This document shows, in pieces, positions 25,356 through 35,458 of a stretch of DNA of 64,000 nucleotides. A program made the position numbers and the translations under genes. The notes under the pieces were generated by a model. The model did not search any database, had not been told where the DNA came from, and saw nothing but the letters and a program-made list of their open reading frames with translations. This stretch comes from Desulfomonilia bacterium (GTDB lineage: Bacteria > Desulfobacterota > Desulfomonilia > UBA1062): assembly GCA_963664325.2 (NCBI GenBank), contig CAXXDQ010000002.1:1-64000 (forward strand). Reading direction: 5' to 3'. Numbering within the stretch: the first letter of the stretch is position 1; every line of letters starts with the position of its first letter.

Positions 25356-27437
25356 TCAGTTCACCTTTTTGGAAGCTTTCTTTGAAAGTGCAGGATTTTT
25401 GACGCTTCCGGTTTCAGGATTGAAATATCTGTCCAATATAAATTCCATATTTTTTTCATTTAAGGACAAGCGTGCTGCAAGGCCAATGGAGGTTTCCTTG
25501 CCTGATGGCGGGAAATTTTCAAAAGGCTGGGGGAGGGGTGAAAAATCCCGGTCTTGAACCAGCGACGACCGAAAAAGTATCGCCTGGGACAGGTATAAAG
25601 AAGAAGGGTATTCCCTGATAAGTCTTGAAAAAAGATTATATGCCCGCGGCGGTTCTTTTTCAGCAAGATCGCATGCCCTGATAAAAAGTGTACGTTCGAT
25701 GACAGGCGAAGAAGGGGTTTTGAGTCCTATTATATTATCGTAAACACCCATCTCCCTGTCCGTTTCATTGAACATTCGATAAAGGGCGGCCTTCAATCGC
25801 AATCGGCTGAGGCTGTCATTGTCATCAGGCCCCAGGTTTTCAAGATAAACAAGCGCCTCCTTATATTTCCCAAGCATCATGAGCAGTTCTGCTTTTTTTG
25901 TTTTCACAGCAGGGATGTCCTGGCCGTTTTTAGAATTTTCCAAATAAACATCAGCCAGTCCAAGCGCCTTGCTTAAATGTCCTTTCCTTGTCTCGATATT
26001 TACGTGCAAAGGAATTGAACGGATTTTCATGTCGGCTGATTCCACATTATCAAGTCTGTCTGCAAATTCCGACGCATCATCGATGTATCCTTCTTTAAGC
26101 AGAAGGCCTGAAAGCCTGATCATCAATTGCGGGTCATTGATGTCTTTAAACAGGCCGTCTTTATATGAAATATAGGCAGTTGACAGCACACTGTCCCATT
26201 TGCCGTTATCCTGGACTATGAGGTTTTTAAGAAGGCCTTCCGCTGCTGACTTTGAATATGCATGAACCGGATCATTCATACCGGTAATCGCCCATGCCTC
26301 ATAATACATCTTGAAAGCCTGGGTAATATCGCCATATCTGGCATTGGTCCTTGCCGAGCTGTATGCGACAATCGGAAGGCTGTCAGGGTAATCCGAAAGG
26401 GCTCTTTTGTAGATGGCTGTCAGTTGCTTATATGTTTTGCCGCTCAGCATTTTGTTTGAAACGATATCACGTTCTTCAAGGATTGAAGCCATTCGCAGCA
26501 TAGCGGCCACCGCACCTGGTGATCTGCTTGTTGAGGCTTCATAATAAAGGACATATGCACTGTTCTGTCCGCCAAGCATGTTTAAACAGTCCCCCAGAAG
26601 AATCAGAGCGCCAGTCCTGGAAGAGGGGATGCCTAAATCAATCGCTTTCTCAAGGAAAAGGACTGCATTAACCGGATTACCGGTTTTGGACAATGCAATT
26701 CCTGTTTTCAGGTAAATGTCAGGGCTGTATCTGTGGATATTCTTATCAAGGGCCAGGGCCTTGTTATACATCTGAAGAGCTTTTGAGTATTCGTTAAGTC
26801 CGGAATACGTGTCTCCAGATACCGCTTGAAAACGGGCCTGTAATGTAATCGGGATATTATTCAAATTGAAATTTCTGTTTATGCGTACTGTTTCGGCATA
26901 TGCATCGTGGTATTTTTTTTGAATATTATAAGAGTCTGTTTTAAGGATGCAGGATGAGAACCTTGACTCTACATCAGAGGAAGCAGTTATTTTATCGATC
27001 AGCCTTATGGCTTCTTCAGGTCTTGATGTTTTGTTGAGCATATCCGCATACTCTGTCAGGAGCTTGTCGTTATTTGATCCGCGGGGCATTAATTTAACGG
27101 CTTCTCCCATAAGAGCACAGCTCTTTTGAGCCATTGTCTGATTGTAAGGGTAGTACATCAACCAATAAATTCTTGCCAGCAGGGACATTTCATCAGCGTT
27201 CAATTTTTCCCCGCGATTCTTTAAAGCTGATGCCGCATATGAATAGTTTCCGGTTTCATAGGCGTTAAGAAGAACTTGATATGTTGTGATTGAGGTGCGG
27301 GGAATTTTGACGCCGGCACCTGACTGACTGGCTGTGCCGGACAGGCATATGTTATACAATAAAAACAATAAACCCAGTGTTAATGAGCTTGTATGAACAT
27401 ATTTGTATATAACTTCACTTGTTTTTGTTGATTTCAC
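25356..27437 (-). CDS. Large TPR-repeat protein, probably exported or membrane anchored
   Basis: N-terminal hydrophobic segment; many TPR-like helices (GDTYSGLNEYSKALQMYNKAL). Confidence 0.75.
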   Translation of the reverse strand: MKSTKTSEVIYKYVHTSSLTLGLLFLLYNICLSGTASQSGAGVKIPRTSITTYQVLLNAYETGNYSYAASALKNRGEKLNADEMSLLARIYWLMYYPYNQTMAQKSCALMGEAVKLMPRGSNNDKLLTEYADMLNKTSRPEEAIRLIDKITASSDVESRFSSCILKTDSYNIQKKYHDAYAETVRINRNFNLNNIPITLQARFQAVSGDTYSGLNEYSKALQMYNKALALDKNIHRYSPDIYLKTGIALSKTGNPVNAVLFLEKAIDLGIPSSRTGALILLGDCLNMLGGQNSAYVLYYEASTSRSPGAVAAMLRMASILEERDIVSNKMLSGKTYKQLTAIYKRALSDYPDSLPIVAYSSARTNARYGDITQAFKMYYEAWAITGMNDPVHAYSKSAAEGLLKNLIVQDNGKWDSVLSTAYISYKDGLFKDINDPQLMIRLSGLLLKEGYIDDASEFADRLDNVESADMKIRSIPLHVNIETRKGHLSKALGLADVYLENSKNGQDIPAVKTKKAELLMMLGKYKEALVYLENLGPDDNDSLSRLRLKAALYRMFNETDREMGVYDNIIGLKTPSSPVIERTLFIRACDLAEKEPPRAYNLFSRLIREYPSSLYLSQAILFRSSLVQDRDFSPLPQPFENFPPSGKETSIGLAARLSLNEKNMEFILDRYFNPETGSVKNPALSKKASKKVN

Positions 27438-27449
27438 AAATAATAGTTA

Positions 27450-27465
27450 TTCAACTTTTGTGCCA
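27450..27465 (-). promoter_or_regulatory. sigma54 promoter for the TPR gene
   Basis: Minus strand TGGCAC-AAAAG-TTGAA (one mismatch at -12). Confidence 0.6.
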
Positions 27466-27502
27466 GTTATCAGGGCTGTGTAAAAACAACCAGAGGTTCT
27501 GT

Positions 27503-28480
27503 TTAAGACTGGATGCCCTGTTTTTTGATCTTTTCCACAAGGGTCGTCCGGTTCAGGTTTAATAGTTTGGCAGCCCTGTTTTTCACCCAGCCCGTCTTGT
27601 TCAGAGCCTGGATTATAATATTTTTCTCGAATTCACTGACGGTGTCAGAAAGATCGATACCTTCGTCCGGAAGGATAAACCCAAGCGATGAGCCTGAGGC
27701 TTGAGTATGTCCAGTCAGTATCTTTTCCGGCAGATCGGTTATGGTAACGGTATTGCCGTCACAGAGCACGGAAAGCCTTTCTATAAGGTTTTCGAGTTCC
27801 CTGACATTGCCGGGCCATCTGTAGTTCAAGAAGTGCTGCATGACCTGTTTGTTTATATCCAAAACTTCCAGCGATCTCTCTCTTGCATTTTTTTCAATAA
27901 AATATTTGACCAGCGCAGGTATATCCGAAAGCCTTTCGCGTAGCGGTGGAAGGAGAATGGGAATAACGTTGAGCCTGTAGTATAGGTCTTCCCTGAAGCG
28001 GCTCTTTTCAACCTCTTCTTCGAGGTTCTTATTTGTTGCCGCTATTATCCGTACATCGGTCCTGATGGTATTGATGCCGCCAACACGTTCAAACTCCTTT
28101 TCCTGGAGAACCCTGAGAAGTTTGACCTGAAGGTTCGGGCTCATTTCAGATATTTCATCCAGGAAGATACTTCCTCCTGCCGCCATCTCAAACCTGCCCG
28201 TGTGCATCCTGAAAGCCCCTGTAAAAGCGCCTTTCTCATGCCCGAACAGTTCGCTTTCCAGAAGTTCTTCAGGGATCGCCCCGCAGTTTACCGGTACAAA
28301 GGGGAGGCGTGACCGCCGGGATTTTCCGTGGATTGCCCTTGCCACAAGTTCCTTGCCGGTTCCGGATTCTCCAAGGATAAGTACGGTGGAGTCGGTTGAG
28401 GCAATCTTTGAGACGAGGTCAAACACTTTGATCATTTTTTCTGAAGTGCCGACCATATTATCGATTTTATACTTGTCCAT
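27503..28480 (-). CDS. sigma54-dependent activator (AAA+ and Fis-type HTH) without an N-terminal sensory domain
   Basis: GESGTGKE, GAFTGA, FLDEI, WPGNVREL, AAKLLNLNRTTL. Confidence 0.95.
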   Translation of the reverse strand: MDKYKIDNMVGTSEKMIKVFDLVSKIASTDSTVLILGESGTGKELVARAIHGKSRRSRLPFVPVNCGAIPEELLESELFGHEKGAFTGAFRMHTGRFEMAAGGSIFLDEISEMSPNLQVKLLRVLQEKEFERVGGINTIRTDVRIIAATNKNLEEEVEKSRFREDLYYRLNVIPILLPPLRERLSDIPALVKYFIEKNARERSLEVLDINKQVMQHFLNYRWPGNVRELENLIERLSVLCDGNTVTITDLPEKILTGHTQASGSSLGFILPDEGIDLSDTVSEFEKNIIIQALNKTGWVKNRAAKLLNLNRTTLVEKIKKQGIQS

Positions 28481-28552
28481 TATTATCCTCTAAAGAGGAC
28501 GGTAGCACAGCAAAGGTGGGAGCGTCAATATTTAGACGCTCCTGAATTAGGT

Positions 28553-28837
28553 TTACTGCAAGTTTGCGTTGACCCTGTCCTTCATATCCTTGCCGGTCTT
28601 GAAGAACGGGAGACTCTTTGGTCTTACCTTGATTTTTTCTCCGCTTTTCGGATTTCTTCCCACATATGGCTTGTAATCCCTGATCATAAAACTGCCGAAT
28701 CCCCTGATCTCAACTCGTTGTGAATCTTTCAGGGACTTGATAATGGAATCAAACACAGTGTTCACTACCGTTTCCGCTTTCTTGGGATGGAGCGCCAGTT
28801 TCATCGACAGCTCTTCAATTAATTCAGACTTGTTCAC
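28553..28837 (-). CDS. ihfB: Integration host factor beta subunit
   Basis: MNKSELI, RVEIRGFGSF, GRNPKSGE, PFFKTGK. Confidence 0.85.
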   Translation of the reverse strand: MNKSELIEELSMKLALHPKKAETVVNTVFDSIIKSLKDSQRVEIRGFGSFMIRDYKPYVGRNPKSGEKIKVRPKSLPFFKTGKDMKDRVNANLQ

Positions 28838-28891
28838 ATCTTACCTCCATAAAAATGATTGATTAGAAGTATAAAGCCCAGGATGGCCAAG

Positions 28892-29620
28892 TCAAGTAAC
28901 TTTGTGCTTTTTTTGTATATTCTGTAGCGCCCTTACTTCCAGAACATCCAATTCCCTTATTTCTCGCGGTTTCATTTTCCCGAGAGATACTGGGCCGATT
29001 GCAATCCTTCTGATAGAAACGACCCTGAGACCTACAGCCCCGGCCATTTTTTTAATCTGGTTTTTAAGTCCCTGCATGAGGGTGATTCTTACTGTTGTCA
29101 TATCTTTTTCATCTTTCAGCCTTTCTACGAGTGCCTTCCTTGTAACAATGCCTTCGATTTCAACGCCTTCGGACATTTTACGGAGCGCTGCGGCAGATGC
29201 TTCAGGTTTTAACTCTACAATATATACTTTTCCCATATTGTGTGTCGGGTGGTGGATGGCATTTGCCAGGAAGCCGTCATTTGTCAGAATCAAGAGTCCC
29301 TCCGCATCAAAATCCAGCCTCCCGACAGGAAAAACTCCTTTGTATTTTCCAGGTATTATATCTTTTATGCACTCCCTGCCTTCGGGATCTTTCATGGTAG
29401 TGACCATATATTTCGGCTTATAAGCCGCCAGATAAAATTTCCGGTTTTGATGCAGGGCTTTTCCGTCAAGTCTTATATCATCTGATTCAGTGTTTATGTT
29501 CTCCCCCAGAGATGCGGTGTGACCGTTTACAGAAATCCTTCCTGCCGTGATTGCATTATCAGCAGCACGTCTTGACATGGCCCCGCATTGGGAAAGGTAT
29601 CTGTTGATCCTGACTTGCAT
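28892..29620 (-). CDS. rRNA pseudouridine synthase (RsuA/RluB family)
   Basis: S4 domain SRRAAD; PVGRLDFDAEGLLILTNDG. Confidence 0.95.
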   Translation of the reverse strand: MQVRINRYLSQCGAMSRRAADNAITAGRISVNGHTASLGENINTESDDIRLDGKALHQNRKFYLAAYKPKYMVTTMKDPEGRECIKDIIPGKYKGVFPVGRLDFDAEGLLILTNDGFLANAIHHPTHNMGKVYIVELKPEASAAALRKMSEGVEIEGIVTRKALVERLKDEKDMTTVRITLMQGLKNQIKKMAGAVGLRVVSIRRIAIGPVSLGKMKPREIRELDVLEVRALQNIQKKHKVT

Positions 29621-29704
29621 AAGGGCAATATATATGTTTTTTATCGCTTCAACAAAAAGATATTTATATTGACCGCATATAAGTCAAAAGATATGTTTGA
29701 AGAG

Positions 29705-30889
29705 ATGAAAAGCAGAATTGACTCCCAGGAAAAACGAAATGTTCTTGGTATGGGCTTAATAAGCCTTATGAACGATATGGCAAGCGAGATGATATATCCG
29801 CTGCTGCCAATATTTTTAACGTCAGTTCTTCACGCAGGTGCTGCTTCCATAGGCATTATCGAGGGACTGGCGGAAACAGTGGTTTCGCTGCTCAAATATT
29901 TTTCAGGTGCTTATTCTGACAGGCTGGGGAAAAGGAAGCCTGTTTTTGCCACCGGATATACCTTCTCGAACATAGTCCGTCCGTTGATCGGCATTGCAGG
30001 TTCATGGTGGCAGGTGCTTGTTTTCCGTGTATCGGACCGTATTGGCAAGGGTGTAAGAAGCGCCCCCAGAGATGCCTTGCTGGCCGATTCGGCCTCCCCT
30101 GAACATATGGGCATCGCATTCGGATTCCAGCGGTCAATGGATCATGCCGGGGCAATTATAGGACCTCTGATAGCAACAGCCCTAATCCAATTCGGCGGAC
30201 TCTCAATAAAGACAGTATTTCTTATCTCTGCAATACCGGGAATCATAACAATTATCCTAGCCTGGTTTCTTGTTGTTGAAAAACCTAAAAAGAAGGTGTC
30301 TTCAGGACAGAGTGTCATGCTTACCGGGTCAATAAAAAACAGGGGCTATATGCTGTTTCTCTTTGCCGTGATTATATTCACCCTTGGGAATTCGACAGAT
30401 GCTTTCCTGCTGCTCAAGGCAAGGGATACGGGCATTGCCATTGCAATGCTTCCGATAATCTGGGTAGTGCTCCATATAAGCAAGGCTGTTTTTTCCATTC
30501 CCGGAGGGTGGCTGTCTGACAGGATAGGCAGGAAACCTGTTATTGTTGCCGGCTGGATAGTATACGGGCTCGTTTATCTCGGGTTTGCATTTGCATCGAC
30601 AAAACTTTCAATATGGTTTCTTTTCTTTGCATACGGATTATTCTTCGGGTTGTGCGAAGGTACCGAAAAGGCATTTGTTGCTGACCTTGTAGAGGGTGAA
30701 AACCGTGGAGGCGCATATGGCCTCTATAACATGGCTATAGGTATTGCAGCTTTTCCAGCATCGGTTATATTTGGTGTTGTGTGGGAAAAAATCGGCAGCC
30801 ATTCTGCCTTTATAATGGGAGCAGCTTTTGCTGTCGCTGCTTCAATTATTCTTATGTTTGCAAGAAAGACTTATCAGGAGGCTCAATGA
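29705..30889 (+). CDS. MFS transporter
   Basis: About 12 TM; SDRLGKRK, DRIGKGVRSAPRDAL, SDRIGRK. Confidence 0.92.
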   Translation: MKSRIDSQEKRNVLGMGLISLMNDMASEMIYPLLPIFLTSVLHAGAASIGIIEGLAETVVSLLKYFSGAYSDRLGKRKPVFATGYTFSNIVRPLIGIAGSWWQVLVFRVSDRIGKGVRSAPRDALLADSASPEHMGIAFGFQRSMDHAGAIIGPLIATALIQFGGLSIKTVFLISAIPGIITIILAWFLVVEKPKKKVSSGQSVMLTGSIKNRGYMLFLFAVIIFTLGNSTDAFLLLKARDTGIAIAMLPIIWVVLHISKAVFSIPGGWLSDRIGRKPVIVAGWIVYGLVYLGFAFASTKLSIWFLFFAYGLFFGLCEGTEKAFVADLVEGENRGGAYGLYNMAIGIAAFPASVIFGVVWEKIGSHSAFIMGAAFAVAASIILMFARKTYQEAQ

Positions 30890-31656
30890 TGCAAATCGTG
30901 AATGGTGCAGAACCGATTTTTCTAAAGGGCGGAGACAGGGCCTGTCTGCTCATACACGGCTTGACGGGAAGCCCGTCTGAAATGGCGTATCTTGCCGGAA
31001 TGATGAACACAGCCGGATATACCGTTAAAGCTCCTCTTTTGCCGGGACATGGCACGAGCATCAAGGATCTTAACAAAACAGCCTGGCCTTCATGGGTCGG
31101 TGCAGTTTCAGAAGAACTTTTCAGAATGTCGGAAAGGCATGAAAAAGTCTGTGTTGCAGGCCAGTCAATGGGCGGGATAATGACGCTTGTGCTTGCATCA
31201 CTGCATGGAAACCTTATTCATGCATGTGCGGTTTTTTCAACTCCTCTTTGGTTCAAGCCTTTTGCAGCAAGATATATTCTGCCGATTCTTGGTGGAACTC
31301 CCCTGGGACGCATGATTGGGGATCTGCCCTCGACACCGGGCGAGGATGTAAAAGAACCCCAGGGCGCACCTCATTTCAGCTATGGCAGGAACTCGATACC
31401 GGCAACATATTCATTACTTGAATTGATGGGCATTATAAGAAAGAAGGGCTTTCTTTCCACTGTTAAAACACCGATGCTAATCATGCAGTCAAGCCAGGAC
31501 ATCTTCATACATCCGGGCAGTGCAAGGAAGATTTACAGCAGCATCAGTTCATCCAGAAAGGAGATCGTCATGCTGCACGACTCATACCATGCGATCACGG
31601 CGGACAGGGAACGGGGGAAGGTTACTGATGCCATGATAAGGTTTTTTTCTGATTAG
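30886..31656 (+). CDS. Alpha/beta-hydrolase carboxylesterase
   Basis: HGLTGSP, GQSMGG nucleophile elbow, SYHAIT. Confidence 0.9.
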   Translation: MMQIVNGAEPIFLKGGDRACLLIHGLTGSPSEMAYLAGMMNTAGYTVKAPLLPGHGTSIKDLNKTAWPSWVGAVSEELFRMSERHEKVCVAGQSMGGIMTLVLASLHGNLIHACAVFSTPLWFKPFAARYILPILGGTPLGRMIGDLPSTPGEDVKEPQGAPHFSYGRNSIPATYSLLELMGIIRKKGFLSTVKTPMLIMQSSQDIFIHPGSARKIYSSISSSRKEIVMLHDSYHAITADRERGKVTDAMIRFFSD

Positions 31657-31682
31657 CCGGACGGACAACAAGGAAAATTGAA

Positions 31683-32723
31683 TTAATCAGAGTTGATCAG
31701 TCCGTAATCTGTATTACCAAGACCAATGCTATCAGCATATGAAAATATACCCGACCCGTCAACACCTGTGGCCGATTTAAATATGTCCTTGCCTTTATGT
31801 TCCCGAACCACAAGGTCGTATGCGGCCTTGTCGCATGCGACAGCATCCACTGACGCCACAAGGCCCACATCATTGCCTATTATTCTGGTGTCAGCCATGC
31901 AGTCGCAGTCTTTTGTTATGTTGTTAATAAAGGTCAAGCAGACGAGTTTTTTATTCTTAACTGCACCTAGGGCGTATTCGGAACACCTGTTTTGAACCTC
32001 CCTGCTAGTTGCACCGCCCCAGGGGACAGAGATCGCCTCCTTCGGGCATACGGCGATGCAGAAGGCACACCCCTCGCAGATTCCATGGTCGATTGATGCC
32101 TTTTCGCCGACAAGGGATATTGCATGGGCGCGGCAGTTTTCCAGGCACAGACCGCATCCGTTGCAGCGTCTTGATACCGAGGGTTTGACCTTGGAATGCA
32201 TCTCGAGTTTTCCTGCGCGCGATCCGCTTCCCATGCCTAGATTTTTTATCGCACCGCCGAAACCGAACATGACATGTCCTTTGAAGTGGCTTATGGCAAC
32301 AACTGCATCAGCATCCGCAATCGCCCTGGCGATTCTGACGCTGCTGAATATCTTTCCAGGTATACCAACAGATTTTTCATCTTTTCCTTCGTTGCCGTCC
32401 GCTATGACGACGGGTACGCCAAGCTTTGTGAATCCATGCTTCTCAGCCATCTCCATGTGATCCCGGCCGTTGTGTCTTCTGCCGGTGTAAAGCGTATTGG
32501 CATCCGTCAGGAAACAGTTGCGAGAATATTTTAAAAGGATATCTACAGCCGGTTTAACCTGCTCTGGTCTGACAAACCGGGTATTGCCCTTTTCCCCGAA
32601 GTGAAGTTTGACGGCAACCTTATCAGAAGCTTCAATTCCAGTCTTCAGGCCGGTTAGCGCTCTTTCAAATATTGAGCGTATGGCGGTTTCTTCAAAAGTC
32701 CTGCTGAAATATACCTTGGTCAT
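31683..32723 (-). CDS. DUF362-family Fe-S protein with a 2x[4Fe-4S] domain
   Basis: KLHFGEKGN, SHFKGH, GGAIKNLGMG, two CxxCxxCxxxC motifs. Confidence 0.9.
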   Translation of the reverse strand: MTKVYFSRTFEETAIRSIFERALTGLKTGIEASDKVAVKLHFGEKGNTRFVRPEQVKPAVDILLKYSRNCFLTDANTLYTGRRHNGRDHMEMAEKHGFTKLGVPVVIADGNEGKDEKSVGIPGKIFSSVRIARAIADADAVVAISHFKGHVMFGFGGAIKNLGMGSGSRAGKLEMHSKVKPSVSRRCNGCGLCLENCRAHAISLVGEKASIDHGICEGCAFCIAVCPKEAISVPWGGATSREVQNRCSEYALGAVKNKKLVCLTFINNITKDCDCMADTRIIGNDVGLVASVDAVACDKAAYDLVVREHKGKDIFKSATGVDGSGIFSYADSIGLGNTDYGLINSD

Positions 32724-32727
32724 ATCA

Positions 32728-33933
32728 TTACAACCCCGTCTTCAGCACAAGGTCTGTTATCGGGCCGCGCGACTTGCTGCCTTTCAGCACCATATGGCCA
32801 TAGTTTGGATAACCCTTAAACTTCTTTACTATCCAGTTAAGACCGTTGTTTGAAGAATTGAGGTATGGATGATCCACCTGGTTCGTATCACCCAAAACAT
32901 AACACTTAACATTTTCTCCCATTCGCGTCAGCAGAGCCCTAGTCTGATAGCGGGTCATATTCTGCGCTTCGTCTATAATGACCACAGCATTTTCTATATT
33001 CATGCCGCGTATGAAATTCAGGCTGACGATTTCTATCTTCTTTGGATTCAATTCCAGTCTTGCGCTCTGCGCATCCATAAACAGGGAATTCGCCGGCCGC
33101 TGGCTATGGAGCTTTACTATAAGGTCAAGGATGCCGCGCATATAGGGCGCGAGCTTTTCTTTTTCGTCACCCGGGAGATAGCCGAGCTTTTCACCGATTT
33201 CAACTACCGGTTTGAATATGAATATCCTGTCATATGCCTTGGGTTTCTGAAGTACAAGGTGGAAAGCGCATGCAAGGGCAATATATGTCTTGCCGAATCC
33301 TGCCTCCGACTGGAGCGTCACTGCATCGATGTGGTGTGATAGCATGAGTTCCATTGCGCAATTCTGATATACCGTCCTCGGTTTCACTCCCCATGGATTG
33401 TGCTCATAGTCGATATAGGACTCTTTACCTTCAAACCATAACTGGCCGTTTTCATCCCAATAAAATGAGTTTGCAATCTTCTCATCGGATTCTTTTATGA
33501 ATCCCGTGTAAAGCTGGCTTTCGGAATGGAACGGCTTGGAGTCGCGGAATTCCTGCGCCCTGAATCCCTCAATAACCAGCCTTACCCTGAACATCCTGTC
33601 ATTAGATACGATGATGGGCTCAAGACCGTCTATAAAATGATCTGAATTTTTATGAGCATACCGGATGTCTTCCAGGATATCATCATCATTGGTTTCGCTT
33701 CCCGCATATGTCTTATCCGGGATTTTTATAATGTTAAGCTTGGGATCGTTTTCAAGCCGCGCGGCAATCAGGCTGATTATATGGCTTAAATCGGCTCTTT
33801 TTTTGAGTCTATCAAGCTCCATTATCACTGAATAAGGTATTAGAACCCGATTCTCTTCGCCATTTCTGAACACATCAATACAATCAGGATTTTCAATTAA
33901 TGCATTTGTATCAAGTATATAACATTTTTTCAT
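32728..33933 (-). CDS. PIN-PhoH family protein (YlaK/PhoH2-like)
   Basis: ILDTNAL PIN start; AGFGKT; LGYLPGD; IIDEAQN; TRMGEN. Confidence 0.92.
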   Translation of the reverse strand: MKKCYILDTNALIENPDCIDVFRNGEENRVLIPYSVIMELDRLKKRADLSHIISLIAARLENDPKLNIIKIPDKTYAGSETNDDDILEDIRYAHKNSDHFIDGLEPIIVSNDRMFRVRLVIEGFRAQEFRDSKPFHSESQLYTGFIKESDEKIANSFYWDENGQLWFEGKESYIDYEHNPWGVKPRTVYQNCAMELMLSHHIDAVTLQSEAGFGKTYIALACAFHLVLQKPKAYDRIFIFKPVVEIGEKLGYLPGDEKEKLAPYMRGILDLIVKLHSQRPANSLFMDAQSARLELNPKKIEIVSLNFIRGMNIENAVVIIDEAQNMTRYQTRALLTRMGENVKCYVLGDTNQVDHPYLNSSNNGLNWIVKKFKGYPNYGHMVLKGSKSRGPITDLVLKTGL

Positions 33934-34823
33934 AAACCGGCCCGCCTTGATGTTTTATTAGATCCGGATAAAGGATTAAAACCCCGAAATATTGCATCAT
34001 CTTTTGTTATTCTCAACAATCCTTTTGAAACTGTTTGTTCATGCAGTTTCTTGTAAAATTGATCTTCAATATCCTTAATTTTTTGAGGATGGGAATCAAT
34101 TATATCTTTAAACAATAAAGGTCTTTTTTTTGCAACATATTCAACACAATCAGAGATATCATCGGGTGTGAAACGCATTGCATTATCGTAGGGCAGCATT
34201 TCCACTCTTTCAAAATAAGGTTTCAATAACCGGTAACCGTCTTCAAGACAGAATGCCTTCAGTAATTTGTTTATGGTGAATTCGCAGGATGCTGTAATGC
34301 CTGATTGCTCCATACTGTACGGTAACAAATCTATAATTTCTTTTAAAGAATATCTGCTGTGAGTTATTGAGATGAAAATGCCGTTCGGTTTTAGGATTCT
34401 TGCTATGTCTTCAATAAGATGAGGGAAAAAATATAATGAATAGCTGGCTATTATAAGATCATATGTCCGGCTTTTAATCGTCCGGATAACGTCAGCTTCC
34501 TTGCCGATGAAAATTCCCGAGTAGCCACAGTCCTTGACGGTCGTTAAAAAAGGTGCCTTGTTTGCATCCGCAATATCAATACCTGCAATACTGGCATTGT
34601 ATGCAAGTCTGCCTTTAAGTTTTTCTTCAAAAAGACCGTAGCCGCAACCGAGATCGAGCACATTGCTGACCCATGTAAGATCAATATCTGACAGGGCGAT
34701 TTCCCTCACGTCACATCTGTTGGTTGAATATTTGGATATTATATTTTTAGTAATCCTGTGGTCGTGAACCTTATCGTATGTTTCGGTTATATCTTCCAAT
34801 GAGTACAGGGGGGTTCGGTTCAT
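33930..34823 (-). CDS. Class I SAM-dependent methyltransferase
   Basis: VLDLGCGYG; YDLII; RILKPNG. Confidence 0.85.
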   Translation of the reverse strand: MNRTPLYSLEDITETYDKVHDHRITKNIISKYSTNRCDVREIALSDIDLTWVSNVLDLGCGYGLFEEKLKGRLAYNASIAGIDIADANKAPFLTTVKDCGYSGIFIGKEADVIRTIKSRTYDLIIASYSLYFFPHLIEDIARILKPNGIFISITHSRYSLKEIIDLLPYSMEQSGITASCEFTINKLLKAFCLEDGYRLLKPYFERVEMLPYDNAMRFTPDDISDCVEYVAKKRPLLFKDIIDSHPQKIKDIEDQFYKKLHEQTVSKGLLRITKDDAIFRGFNPLSGSNKTSRRAGL

Positions 34824-34993
34824 GATTTAAATAAATATTAAGGGATTGAATACTCTTTTTCAACCCTGATCGGGTTTAAATAATAAAATAAAAGGCATGT
34901 TTCTTAATAATACATGATTTATACAAGGGCTCCTGTCTTGGTGATTCCAGGCGTGTTATGTTATTGCATGTCAATTGTAATAAGGAGACATCT

Positions 34994-35199
34994 ATGCAGC
35001 TTTTAAAGAAATGGCCGGACAACAACGGCATCAGCCAGAAGGAATTTGCAGGCATGATCTGTGTTTCATCGAGTGCTGTTTACAGGGTTGTTACAGTTAA
35101 ACCCGGCCCGAGCTCGATACTGAAAAAAATGAAACCCTGACCAATGGTGAAGTTTCACGATGGTCTTTTTTATATCCCTTGGAAACTAAGATTCATTAA
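34994..35199 (+). pseudogene. Frameshifted Cro/YdaS-like HTH gene
   Basis: AAGGAG RBS; ISQKEFAGMICVSSSAVYRV helix-turn-helix; continuation ETLTNGEVSRWSFLYP in another frame after an A7 run near 35123-35130. Confidence 0.55.
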
Positions 35200-35401
35200 T
35201 ATTATTAAGATAATACTACGCTGTTTTGTTGATTATCGCATTGGTCTATATATTGTCAGCTACTATTGAAACGGCTTCACATGAGTGGCAAATGTTTTCA
35301 GTATGAAGATAAATACCGCATGCGGAAAACAGTAATATAAATTTTGGATTCAAGTTACTTGACTTTTAAAAAAATATTTGCTTATCCACAAGCTGCAAAC
35401 C

Positions 35402-35436
35402 GATACTGGCGGACATTAACTGCCGGTATCTTTTTT
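35402..35436 (+). terminator. Intrinsic terminator in the greA leader (attenuator-like)
   Basis: GATACTGGCG/TGCCGGTATC 10-bp stem then TTTTTT, between a TTGACT element (35359) and the greA RBS. Confidence 0.75.
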
Positions 35437-35458
35437 ATTTTCTGTTCGGAGGAATTTA

